This document shows positions 56,995-64,000 of a DNA stretch of 64,000 nt, one piece after another. The notes below the pieces were generated by a model. It ran no database searches, was not told where the DNA came from, and saw nothing but the letters and a program-made list of their open reading frames with translations. The number at the start of each line of letters is the position of its first letter. Positions within the stretch are counted from its first letter, which is position 1. This stretch comes from a virus (Duplodnaviria; Caudoviricetes), in IMG/VR virus record IMGVR_UViG_3300037067_016568, positions 64,001 to 128,000 of that record; one strand, given 5' to 3'. A program made the translations under genes and the position numbers.

Positions 56995-58032
56995 TTATTT
57001 CCTCTTATGTTCAGCGTCCCAATTGCGGAATAGCGTTTCCATACATTTCCGGATATCTTTCCAGATCTGACGTATTTGAGCTACGTCATGTTCGTCTTTA
57101 ATACCAAGATCGCCAAAGTCCACGTAAGGCTCGCCGTTGGGACCACGCTTGAGAAACTGATGCAGGCTGCCAAGCCCTGATCTGAACGCTGTGCGTTTCG
57201 GCCTCTTCTTGCGGCTTTTACCCGATCCGTACTCTTCAACCCATCTCTTTTTGTAGTCGACCAAAACTTGCATAGCTGCAGGTTCTCCACCCCTCGCAAG
57301 CGCCTCAACCATTTGATCTGCGCAATTGCCTGCATCGGTGGCAGTTGGCCCGTATTGTGCAACCACCTGGGCAAACTTAACCTTCAAAGGGCCGTTTTGC
57401 CGTATCTTCACGATTTCCTGCAAATGAGAATCGGTCAGATTGTCGACTCGAACATTGAACCCACGCAACTCATTCCGTTGAATGTCGTTAGCAAGTTCTC
57501 TTCTGATTTTCTCAGCCGACACACCAAACCATTTCGCCAACTCGGCGATAGGCTTGTTATATGTGTCAATCAGATACTTCACATGCAATATACGATGTGC
57601 TACGGACAACGATTTCTTGTCCGCGATACAATTGAAGCTACGTGCAATAAGATCACGTAGATACTTATCTTGCGTATCGACAAGATAGCATTCCATCTGA
57701 AAGTCGGGCGGCAGTTGATCTTTCAGATATAGATCGTTGATGAACGTTTCGAGACGGTGATTGCCGTCTGCGATAAGGTTTCCTTTCATGCCGGTTTCCG
57801 GCACCAAAGCAACAAGACGCTCGACTTGCAACGAATTCTCAATCTGTTCCGCCAGATTGAGAGCGTGATCTCCGTCGACGAATGAATCGAACCTCGTCTG
57901 GAGTTCTCTCGTACCGGGAATATTGAGTTGAGAAATGCGTAACTTAACAACCGAAAAATCCACGCCATGCGCCCTGAGACGCGACTCTGCCTGCTCGCTC
58001 CCAATCCACGTAATCTTAAGGTGTTTCGCCAT
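56995..58032 (-). CDS. ParB-like N-terminal domain plus HTH protein
   Basis: LIADGNHRL; IAELAKWFGVSAEKIRR. Confidence 0.6.
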   Translation of the reverse strand: MAKHLKITWIGSEQAESRLRAHGVDFSVVKLRISQLNIPGTRELQTRFDSFVDGDHALNLAEQIENSLQVERLVALVPETGMKGNLIADGNHRLETFINDLYLKDQLPPDFQMECYLVDTQDKYLRDLIARSFNCIADKKSLSVAHRILHVKYLIDTYNKPIAELAKWFGVSAEKIRRELANDIQRNELRGFNVRVDNLTDSHLQEIVKIRQNGPLKVKFAQVVAQYGPTATDAGNCADQMVEALARGGEPAAMQVLVDYKKRWVEEYGSGKSRKKRPKRTAFRSGLGSLHQFLKRGPNGEPYVDFGDLGIKDEHDVAQIRQIWKDIRKCMETLFRNWDAEHKRK

Positions 58033-58067
58033 AATAAAACCTCGGTTAGAGTGAAAACATATGGTTA

Positions 58068-58087
58068 TAGCACGATCAATCGTGCTA
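58068..58087. promoter_or_regulatory. palindromic operator-like site upstream of the ParB-like gene
   Basis: TAGCACGAT-ca-ATCGTGCTA, lying between a minus-strand TTGACG and TATAAC. Confidence 0.5.
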
Positions 58088-58160
58088 ATTAACCGTCAAT
58101 ATTAACGTCCTCCACCCCCCGCCTATTTTACGGTTGTATAATACTAAATGTAGTTATATG

Positions 58161-58198
58161 GAAAGAGCCGGGCAGGGAATCCCATGTCCGGCTCTTTC
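58161..58198 (-). terminator. intrinsic terminator-like hairpin after the Ro60 gene
   Basis: GAAAGAGCCGGGCA...TGTCCGGCTCTTTC stem, 6 nt after the stop codon. Confidence 0.7.
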
Positions 58199-58204
58199 GA
58201 CTAC

Positions 58205-59617
58205 CTATTGGAGGCTGACCTGCTCTAACGATGCTATAAATCTCAAAAAGTGTTCAGACCATCCGGCAATCTCAGCCGTCCAAACGCCCTTGTAATTGAT
58301 ACCAAGTGCATGCGAGGACACATCAATCACGTAATTCCTTTTGCCGAATGGTTTTGGTTGCCGACGCTCCGGCCAATCACAATCTTGTGAATCGCTGAAA
58401 ATGAGCAACCTGTCTGGCGTCTCCTCTTTTTTACTAATATGTTCACAAACTTGTCTGGTGAAAATACCACCACCGCCCAAATGGTGCTTAAGGTTCAATA
58501 TCTCGTCCGCCAGAGCAAAACCTCGAAGTGGTTTAACTTTTTGAGTATGATGCTCACGCGAATAGTCATTGCCTGCCGTAGCATAAACGGAGATATGATC
58601 GCAACATTCTGCAGCTAAGACAGCCATGGCAGCGGCTGCATCCATTCTCGTGAATTCTGACTTATCGGAAAGTTGATTTCCCATTGAGCCGGAAACATCG
58701 ATCACTAAAGTCGTGAAGCCAGGGAAACGCGGCCACGTCTTGGTGCATCGATACATCAAATCCTCGATTTCTCGTGACCAGTCGGGAGCATACTTTCGAG
58801 CCTGCAAAAAATTTATCGGCAGTAGCATGTCTACCTTACAATTTTTGAAAGCTTTAGCGATTGCATCACGAGACACACTTGCTTTCTGCATATTCCGCAG
58901 ATTCCGCAGGAAAGCAAGTGCTGGAAGCCTCGACGACTCAATCAGTCGCTCCCACACCTTCCGCTTTTCATCTTCGCTTTTAGCTGCAGATAACCCAACT
59001 TCCCACGTATCTGGGACGGCAAGCTCATTGGCGATTAGCCGCTTATATAATCCTTCTCGATCTTTCGTCGGCTTCGCATGTGAGAGGAATAAAACGTCTC
59101 GTAGTTTTACATCTTTATCAAGTCGATTATATTTGGCAAGCTGGTATTCATCAAACTTGCCAAATGCCTGCGCGAGACCCTTTTTTACTTGTGCGGACAA
59201 AGTTTTCAAAACGTCGCCGCCTACCGTTTCGCCATTATCAGACCAATACAGGGCTAAAAACTCGGTCATCTCGTCTGGTCTGTGACAGATCTTAGCAAGC
59301 GTATCGGCGACACCCGGCATCCCATGACGAGCCATTTCACGCACAAGCAATAGCGGGACGTGTCGCAGCTTCTGCTTAAAACGAGCCTCTATAGCCATTT
59401 CGCCAACACATGGAACCTTGGGCACCAGCGCCTTGATTTGCTCAACAATCAGTTCGCCATCACAATATGCATTCTTTTCCCATAATAGGCATGACATAAC
59501 AAGACGGCGCAGGGTAGCTTCGTCACTCTGCTTGGCGGCTCTTGGACCATGGCCACCAGCCAGTCTCTCATCAACATAAACATGCGATTTCTTCGTCTTT
59601 TTATTGATGGTTGCCAT
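58205..59617 (-). CDS. rsr: Ro60-related TROVE domain protein with vWA domain
   Basis: TROVE features (LRHVPLLL, RPDEMTEFLA, FDEYQLAKY, LRDVLFLSHAKP, PDTWE, LAFLRNLRN), vWA MIDAS IDVSGSM..FSDSQ, GWSE; GGAGG SD; adjacent Y RNAs. Confidence 0.95.
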   Translation of the reverse strand: MATINKKTKKSHVYVDERLAGGHGPRAAKQSDEATLRRLVMSCLLWEKNAYCDGELIVEQIKALVPKVPCVGEMAIEARFKQKLRHVPLLLVREMARHGMPGVADTLAKICHRPDEMTEFLALYWSDNGETVGGDVLKTLSAQVKKGLAQAFGKFDEYQLAKYNRLDKDVKLRDVLFLSHAKPTKDREGLYKRLIANELAVPDTWEVGLSAAKSEDEKRKVWERLIESSRLPALAFLRNLRNMQKASVSRDAIAKAFKNCKVDMLLPINFLQARKYAPDWSREIEDLMYRCTKTWPRFPGFTTLVIDVSGSMGNQLSDKSEFTRMDAAAAMAVLAAECCDHISVYATAGNDYSREHHTQKVKPLRGFALADEILNLKHHLGGGGIFTRQVCEHISKKEETPDRLLIFSDSQDCDWPERRQPKPFGKRNYVIDVSSHALGINYKGVWTAEIAGWSEHFLRFIASLEQVSLQ

Positions 59618-59640
59618 CTACGTTATCCTCCGTTACGCTA

Positions 59641-60054
59641 CTGTAGTCCATTCAGAAGTATTCCCTGTAGTCCTGTAGTTAGCTGGGAACGAACGATATT
59701 CTCCATTGCGACCGGCTCAGCATCGTGTTGTCGCACTCCTGTAGTCCTGTAATCCTGGGAACGAACGCTATTCTCCATTTTGGAAACGGCCTAACTCGTC
59801 TATCGTTCCCTGTAGTCCTGTAGTTACCTGGGAACGAACGCTATTCTCCATTAGGGAAACACCTCAGTTGAACCACCTCACTCCTGTAGTCCTGTAATCC
59901 TGGGAACGAACGCTATTCTCATTTTCCTGCGCCAATGGCCTGCTAGACTTCTCCTGTAGTTACCTGGGAACGAACGCTATTCTCCATTCAGACGACCTTG
60001 ATGACCGCCAAGCTTGACCCTGTAGTTACCTGGGAACGAACGCTATTCTCCATT
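59641..60054 (-). CRISPR. CRISPR-like repeat-spacer array without cas genes (6 repeats plus 1 collapsed, 5 spacers)
   Basis: Plus-strand consensus CCTGTAGTTACCTGGGAACGAACGCTATTCTCCATT (36 bp) at 59672, 59746, 59817, 59891, 59953 and 60019. The first four are preceded by an extra CCTGTAGT. Unique spacers are 30, 29, 30, 29 and 30 nt. A collapsed repeat CTGTAGT-CCATT lies at 59641. Strand is inferred from the operon. Confidence 0.7.
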
Positions 60055-60092
60055 TCGCTGTCAGGTGGTTCCCATCACCCTATGTATCAAAA

Positions 60093-60226
60093 ATGCTGCG
60101 GGAACAAGCGAAACAGGCTAGTTTAGCGCTCTGCCAATTGAGCTACACGGACAAGCCGTGATTGGATTCGAACCAACAACCGCTCGATTTCAAGTCGAAG
60201 TAACCCATCTCTACACCACGCAGCAT
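60093..60226 (-). ncRNA. yrlA: YrlA-type Y RNA with circularly permuted tRNA-like domain
   Basis: Terminal stem ATGCTGCG/CGCAGCAT; T-arm GTTGG-TTCGAAT-CCAAT precedes the closed acceptor-like stem CACGG/CCGTG and D-arm GCTC-AATTGGCA-GAGC; next to rsr. Confidence 0.85.
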
Positions 60227-60231
60227 ATTGA

Positions 60232-60299
60232 GAGCCGGGAACAAACTTACACGGCTTTTTCTTCATGGACCGAAGTAACCGTATAATCCACCACGGCTC
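60232..60299 (-). ncRNA. minimal Y RNA lacking the tRNA-like domain
   Basis: Terminal stem GAGCCG/CGGCTC with the same TGGNGNA, GGTTACTTCG and GTTTGTTCCC motifs as the YrlA copies; no T or D arms. Confidence 0.7.
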
Positions 60300-60302
60300 A
60301 AG

Positions 60303-60375
60303 TAGTGGGGGTCGGATTCGAACCGACGACCTGCAGGTTATGAGCCTGCCGAGCTACCAACTGCTCCACCCCACA
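60303..60375 (-). tRNA. tRNA-Met(CAT), initiator-like
   Basis: Cloverleaf TGTGGGGTGGAGCAGTTGGTAGCTCGGCAGGCT-CAT-AACCTGCAGGTCGTCGGTTCGAATCCGACCCCCACTA; U1:U72 mismatch and A11:U24 pair; CCA not encoded. Confidence 0.9.
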
Positions 60376-60378
60376 TCA

Positions 60379-60588
60379 TCAATTGTAAAGCTCCGGATAC
60401 AAACCACGCAAAAAATCTGTGAATTGCACTAACCCACCATACTGATCCAGCAATCCAGATTTGCACGCTCGGTCTTGTATATCCTCTAAAACGAATCTGA
60501 TCTGTGCGTCTGTAACTGGCCGACCATCTGGAAATAATGCTTCCAATCTTTCCAGACGTTGTTCAACTGTTAAATCCGCTGTCTTCAT
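60379..60588 (-). CDS. small hypothetical protein within the Y RNA cluster
   Basis: ~69-aa ORF (LTVEQRLERLEA) filling the gap between a Y RNA and the tRNA. Confidence 0.55.
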   Translation of the reverse strand: MKTADLTVEQRLERLEALFPDGRPVTDAQIRFVLEDIQDRACKSGLLDQYGGLVQFTDFLRGLYPELYN

Positions 60589-60604
60589 CGTTTTTACTTT
60601 CAAA

Positions 60605-60741
60605 TGCTGCGGGAACAGGCGAAACAGGTCAGTTTTAGCGCTCTACCAGCTGAGCTACGTCAGCCGTAGGCTGACGACTGGACTCGAACCAGCGACCTCT
60701 CGATTAGGAATCGAAGTAACCCATCTCTACACCACGCAGCA
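60605..60741 (-). ncRNA. yrlA: YrlA-type Y RNA
   Basis: TGCTGCG/CGCAGCA stem; T-arm GCTGG-TTCGAGT-CCAGT; acceptor-like CGTCAGCC/GGCTGACG; D-arm TAGCTCAGCTGGTAGAGC. Confidence 0.85.
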
Positions 60742-60751
60742 ATATCAAAAA

Positions 60752-60862
60752 TGCCGCAGGAATAAGCGAAGCAGGCTAGTGCTCCCGTGAGCGACGCCCC
60801 CATAAGGGAGGGGGCGATTGGAGTCGAACCAACGAAGTAACCCACTCCTTCGCCATGCGGCA
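60752..60862 (-). ncRNA. yrlA: YrlA-type Y RNA, compact variant
   Basis: TGCCGCA/TGCGGCA stem; GGCGAAGG Ro-site-like motif; T-arm GTTGG-TTCGACT-CCAAT; CGCCCCC/GGGGGCG stem; short D-arm GCTC-ACGG-GAGC. Confidence 0.8.
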
Positions 60863-60878
60863 AGTTCAATTGTCAAAA

Positions 60879-61016
60879 TGCTGCGGGAATAAGCGAAATA
60901 GGCAACGTTAGGTGCTCTGCCAACTGAGCTACACCAGCCGTAGGCTTAGTGACGGGACTCGAACCCGCGACCACCCGCTCCATAGGCGAAGTAACCCATC
61001 TCTGCGCCACGCAGCA
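60879..61016 (-). ncRNA. yrlA: YrlA-type Y RNA
   Basis: TGCTGCG/CGCAGCA stem; T-arm GCGGG-TTCGAGT-CCCGT; D-arm TAGCTCAGTTGGCAGAGC. Confidence 0.85.
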
Positions 61017-61017
61017 G

Positions 61018-61079
61018 TACTATTTAAATACATGCGGCCAATCTTGTCAAGTACTATCATATGACGCCACATGTGTCAA
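61018..61079 (-). promoter_or_regulatory. putative tandem sigma70-type promoters for the Y RNA/array/rsr unit
   Basis: Two perfect minus-strand TTGACA hexamers (61079-61074, 61050-61045). The proximal one starts ~34 nt from the 5' end of the first Y RNA. The -10 boxes are imperfect. Confidence 0.5.
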
Positions 61080-61107
61080 AAGTATCCAACCTTTTCCGGC
61101 AATAATT

Positions 61108-61590
61108 TTATTTCTCCCAATCGAGTCCTATCCGGTCGTCTATAGATATATCTGGGTCATTTAAAGTCCTGACCCAATTATCGATGTAAAGATTGTGGTC
61201 ATCACATTCTTCACATTCGTTCATACGATATCTCTTATGCTTAAAAGGCATACCTCTCTTAGCATCGATCGCAGCTTGCCAACATTTCCAGAATATTTTC
61301 CAGTCCTCTGGTAGCTCGCTCTCACACCAAGACTGAAAATTATCCCAACAATATTCTTCTTTATGAGTTCTAGTCCTTTTAATCTTGGTACGTGGGTGTG
61401 CCTTGTAGGTTTCAGAATAATATAGATAGCGAGTAACGTATATCGACGATTTTAAACCAAGCTTATGGATTCTGCGAGCTACAGCTATACGTATTCTCAA
61501 TGGGAGTTTCTTAAATCGTCTCACCCATTGAGCATTTATATTGCCTCTTTTATTTAAATAAGTCGCAACTATTTCGTCTACAAACTGCAT
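61108..61590 (-). CDS. hypothetical protein
   Basis: 160 aa, GAGG SD. Confidence 0.55.
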   Translation of the reverse strand: MQFVDEIVATYLNKRGNINAQWVRRFKKLPLRIRIAVARRIHKLGLKSSIYVTRYLYYSETYKAHPRTKIKRTRTHKEEYCWDNFQSWCESELPEDWKIFWKCWQAAIDAKRGMPFKHKRYRMNECEECDDHNLYIDNWVRTLNDPDISIDDRIGLDWEK

Positions 61591-61624
61591 ATACCTCAGA
61601 TACAGCGAACTCGTTCATCATTTT

Positions 61625-63151
61625 TTATTTTCGTATGAGTTCTCTGGCAGTTTCAACAAACGGTGCATCAGCAGGGCCACGCAAATGCGGTCCATGCCAG
61701 AATTTCTTGATTGTAATATTAGCAATCGGCCCAACTTGTAAGCCACATTTTCTGCATGGACAACCAATAAGATCATGCCGGTGAGTATCACCACATTCCT
61801 TACAGTAAATCCATTTATGAAACGTGCCTGGAATCGAAATTTGATATTCCAAGGTATTATGATTACCGGCCATGCCGCCATATCGCGTAGTCTTACCTTC
61901 AACCTTGACGATACGATATTCACGCCTAATAAGCTTTACCCTGCTACGTAAATGCTTTGGCCTGTTGCTGGCTGAGCAATTTATCTGTCCACGATGACGA
62001 ACTTCGTAATCGATGTTACGACAAGTTGCGAAATCCCAAATATTTCGAGATTTCATGAGAATAGCTGCTCTCTCGTCATTAGACATCTGGTTACACCATC
62101 TAACAACTTCTGGCACATTTGACGTCACATAAAGCTTACCAGCCATTGTGAACATCACGACCGTAACGCCGGTAAATGGCGGAACAACCGGCTTTGATAT
62201 GTCCGCTTTAAACCACTTGCTATCGGGTATATCTAGATCATGAAACCAGCAAACGCCGCGATAGTCACCCTGTTTGACCATGCCGACAGCAATAGCGTCG
62301 ACGCCTCGAACTAATGTGACAGGCTTATCAAATTCAATAAACGTTCTATTGAATGGCAAGTATTGTAGATCTGCCATTAACAACGTTTCATTCTTGCTGC
62401 ATAATATATCATTTGCAAGCGACGAATCCAGCAACATTAATTCTGTCTCATCAGAGCAGATCAAATCACAAGCGCACACTTTCGACAACTGCTCAGCATA
62501 CTTTGTGGCATGACAATGTAACGCATATTCAACTGAGCAGTTAGCCACGACATTCACCGTCTTCGCACCCTTATCGACGGTGCGAAGCGTATCAAGCTCC
62601 GCGACGTAAGGGCGTTCAACCCATGGCGATAGATCTGGTAAAGAGTCCGCAGATATCAAGGCATCAGCGAGAGGCACAGCCTTGATTTTTGCGTCTTTTA
62701 TGCCCATAGAGTTGAAACACTCAGTTATAACCTTGCTGTTAAATTCTGCAGACCGATCGCTCAGATCTGGCCACAATTTTCTGACTTTGCAATAAGCCTT
62801 GAAGGCAATATCAACTGGAAAATCACGTTTGACCCTCGGAATCGGAATCGTCGACGTGAATAGCGGTGGATCACAATCGAGATAAGAAAACAACATCTTG
62901 CCATGAGCATTACCAGGCTTTTGTAATTTGTTAATCAAAAACCTTTCGTCAGTGCCGAGACCAGCTAACTGCAGTGAATATTCAACTTCGAACTTATATG
63001 AGAACGCCAATTGCGCGGAAGTATCCTCAATATGTGATCTTAGGCGATCGTAAGCATGTTCAAGTGACCCAAATCCTCTTTTTGCTTTGAATTGTTGCTC
63101 GTCGAACCAGAGCAAACCCTTCTCGGCTCTGTCACATAGGTCTTTATTCAT
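61625..63151 (-). CDS. hypothetical protein with C-terminal Zn ribbon
   Basis: 508 aa; CKEC..CRKC; FWHGPHLRGP. Confidence 0.6.
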   Translation of the reverse strand: MNKDLCDRAEKGLLWFDEQQFKAKRGFGSLEHAYDRLRSHIEDTSAQLAFSYKFEVEYSLQLAGLGTDERFLINKLQKPGNAHGKMLFSYLDCDPPLFTSTIPIPRVKRDFPVDIAFKAYCKVRKLWPDLSDRSAEFNSKVITECFNSMGIKDAKIKAVPLADALISADSLPDLSPWVERPYVAELDTLRTVDKGAKTVNVVANCSVEYALHCHATKYAEQLSKVCACDLICSDETELMLLDSSLANDILCSKNETLLMADLQYLPFNRTFIEFDKPVTLVRGVDAIAVGMVKQGDYRGVCWFHDLDIPDSKWFKADISKPVVPPFTGVTVVMFTMAGKLYVTSNVPEVVRWCNQMSNDERAAILMKSRNIWDFATCRNIDYEVRHRGQINCSASNRPKHLRSRVKLIRREYRIVKVEGKTTRYGGMAGNHNTLEYQISIPGTFHKWIYCKECGDTHRHDLIGCPCRKCGLQVGPIANITIKKFWHGPHLRGPADAPFVETARELIRK

Positions 63152-63205
63152 ATTTCGGCCTGTTACAGATTAAATCAATAAAAACAACAAGTAGGTCAAC
63201 ATAAA

Positions 63206-63760
63206 TCATTGCTCGCCCTCGTCATGCGGGTCTAACTCACACACACCGCCCAAAATTTGTGTCGATCTGGCTTTTCTGCCAATATGCTCGGTCCATTTTC
63301 TCGATAAGCTACGGTCATCTACCGTCCCATCATCTTCTTTAGCATTGAGACAACGTTCACAACGACCATCATCAGTTATAGGCGGTCTCTCCCAACAAAA
63401 TCGACACAATTCATATTTTGGTTTCTTCGGCTTCTTTGGCTCTTCTTCTTTGTGTCGCTTCTTGCTTTTTGTCTTCTTTTGCCTATTTTCTTCTAATTTC
63501 TGTATCCTTGATTCTCCCCACTCTGGCGGATCGTCTGTCTCAAACACATGCCGAAACTCGCTAGTAGTTAGGACATTCTCAAGCTCTGAACGGTACGAAA
63601 CGGGAACAGAAAGATTATAATTTTCTTCGAACATCGTCAGCATAAGATGTTCGTCCAGGTAGACATTGGCATAATGTCTTACGTGATTAAGATTATAGCC
63701 AAAGCTTCTAACTATTTCGCTAGCCCATTCTTTGTTTATGCGGACCCGCAGCCATTGCAT
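63206..63760 (-). CDS. hypothetical Zn-finger protein
   Basis: CRFC..CERC. Confidence 0.55.
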   Translation of the reverse strand: MQWLRVRINKEWASEIVRSFGYNLNHVRHYANVYLDEHLMLTMFEENYNLSVPVSYRSELENVLTTSEFRHVFETDDPPEWGESRIQKLEENRQKKTKSKKRHKEEEPKKPKKPKYELCRFCWERPPITDDGRCERCLNAKEDDGTVDDRSLSRKWTEHIGRKARSTQILGGVCELDPHDEGEQ

Positions 63761-63813
63761 GACATATTACCCTGATCTATTCCTCGCACCCTCATTTATT
63801 TCTTTTTGTTTTG

Positions 63814-63999
63814 TTATTCTGGTGATGGCTTCTTACCAATGATAGTCTGGCCCTGATAATACCTCTTACGTCTGTTCATAAATGCTGTCTGCCTGCAAGC
63901 GCGACCGCCTTTCTGCATCAAATGATCGATAATATCGCTAGCTTCTTTCTTCGTCAGTGTACCCCAACTAACAGAATGTTCATTGCATACGAGTTGAAT
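63814..63999 (-). CDS. C-terminal fragment of a gene running off the window
   Basis: Frame is open from the edge (..LTKKEASDIIDHL..) to TAA at 63814. Confidence 0.5.
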   Translation of the reverse strand: MQLVCNEHSVSWGTLTKKEASDIIDHLMQKGGRACRQTAFMNRRKRYYQGQTIIGKKPSPE

Positions 64000-64000
64000 G

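Noticed and set aside
59717-59731. Spacer 1 segment TCAGCATCGTGTTGT resembles the 16S rRNA stretch TCAGCTCGTGTTGT
   Set aside because: Only ~14 nt with an indel and no flanking match; compatible with chance.
59641-60054. Array read as tandem mini-ORFs (minus-strand repeats begin ATG GAG AAT AGC..., MENSVRSQ) or as a TAG-recoded protein repeat
   Set aside because: Repeat indels (8, 2 and 1 nt) and 29-nt spacers break frame, peptide lengths are inconsistent, there are no SD sites, and TAG acts as a normal stop in many genes here.
60062-60078. Possible anti-repeat/tracrRNA next to the array
   Set aside because: Only 7 nt of complementarity (TGGGAAC/GTTCCCA), and it sits within its own small hairpin.
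60093-61016. Calling the four T-arm/D-arm elements tRNA genes or pseudogenes
   Set aside because: The T-arm precedes the D-arm, the acceptor stem is closed by a loop and there is no anticodon arm. This is the YrlA arrangement.

Overview
This window is a 64-kb, gene-dense segment (roughly 40-45% GC) of a large lytic-type bacteriophage genome, probably a T4-like or jumbo myovirus. The host may be a planctomycete, inferred mainly from a Planctomycetes-style prepilin N-terminus. Positions 1-9.5 kb hold a tandem array of paralogous receptor-binding or tail proteins (beta-propeller, LamG and DUF2341 modules). From 9.5-21 kb are a very large sigma70-like protein and nucleotide-metabolism genes (adenosine deaminase, Nudix, dTMP kinase, dUTPase), plus a Dam-type methyltransferase paired with a PD-(D/E)xK nuclease. 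From 21-37 kb are virion proteins: tail-fibre-like paralogs with collagen repeats, a gp2-like protein and an acidic head protein. From 37-58 kb are ThyX, GalE, a ThiF/MoeB E1-like enzyme, LemA, a prepilin-TPM fusion, a ParB-like protein and many hypotheticals. The standout locus is at 58.2-61.1 kb on the minus strand and looks like a single transcription unit. It contains four tRNA-like YrlA-type Y RNAs, one minimal Y RNA, an initiator tRNA-Met, a CRISPR-like array (six ~36-bp repeats, five unique 29-30-nt spacers, no cas genes in the window) and a Ro60/TROVE gene. The array repeat contains both halves of the sequence motif conserved in the terminal stems of the neighbouring Y RNAs. This suggests a possibly undescribed Ro60-associated repeat-spacer (guide-like) RNA system. 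All assignments were made by eye; no database searches were run.
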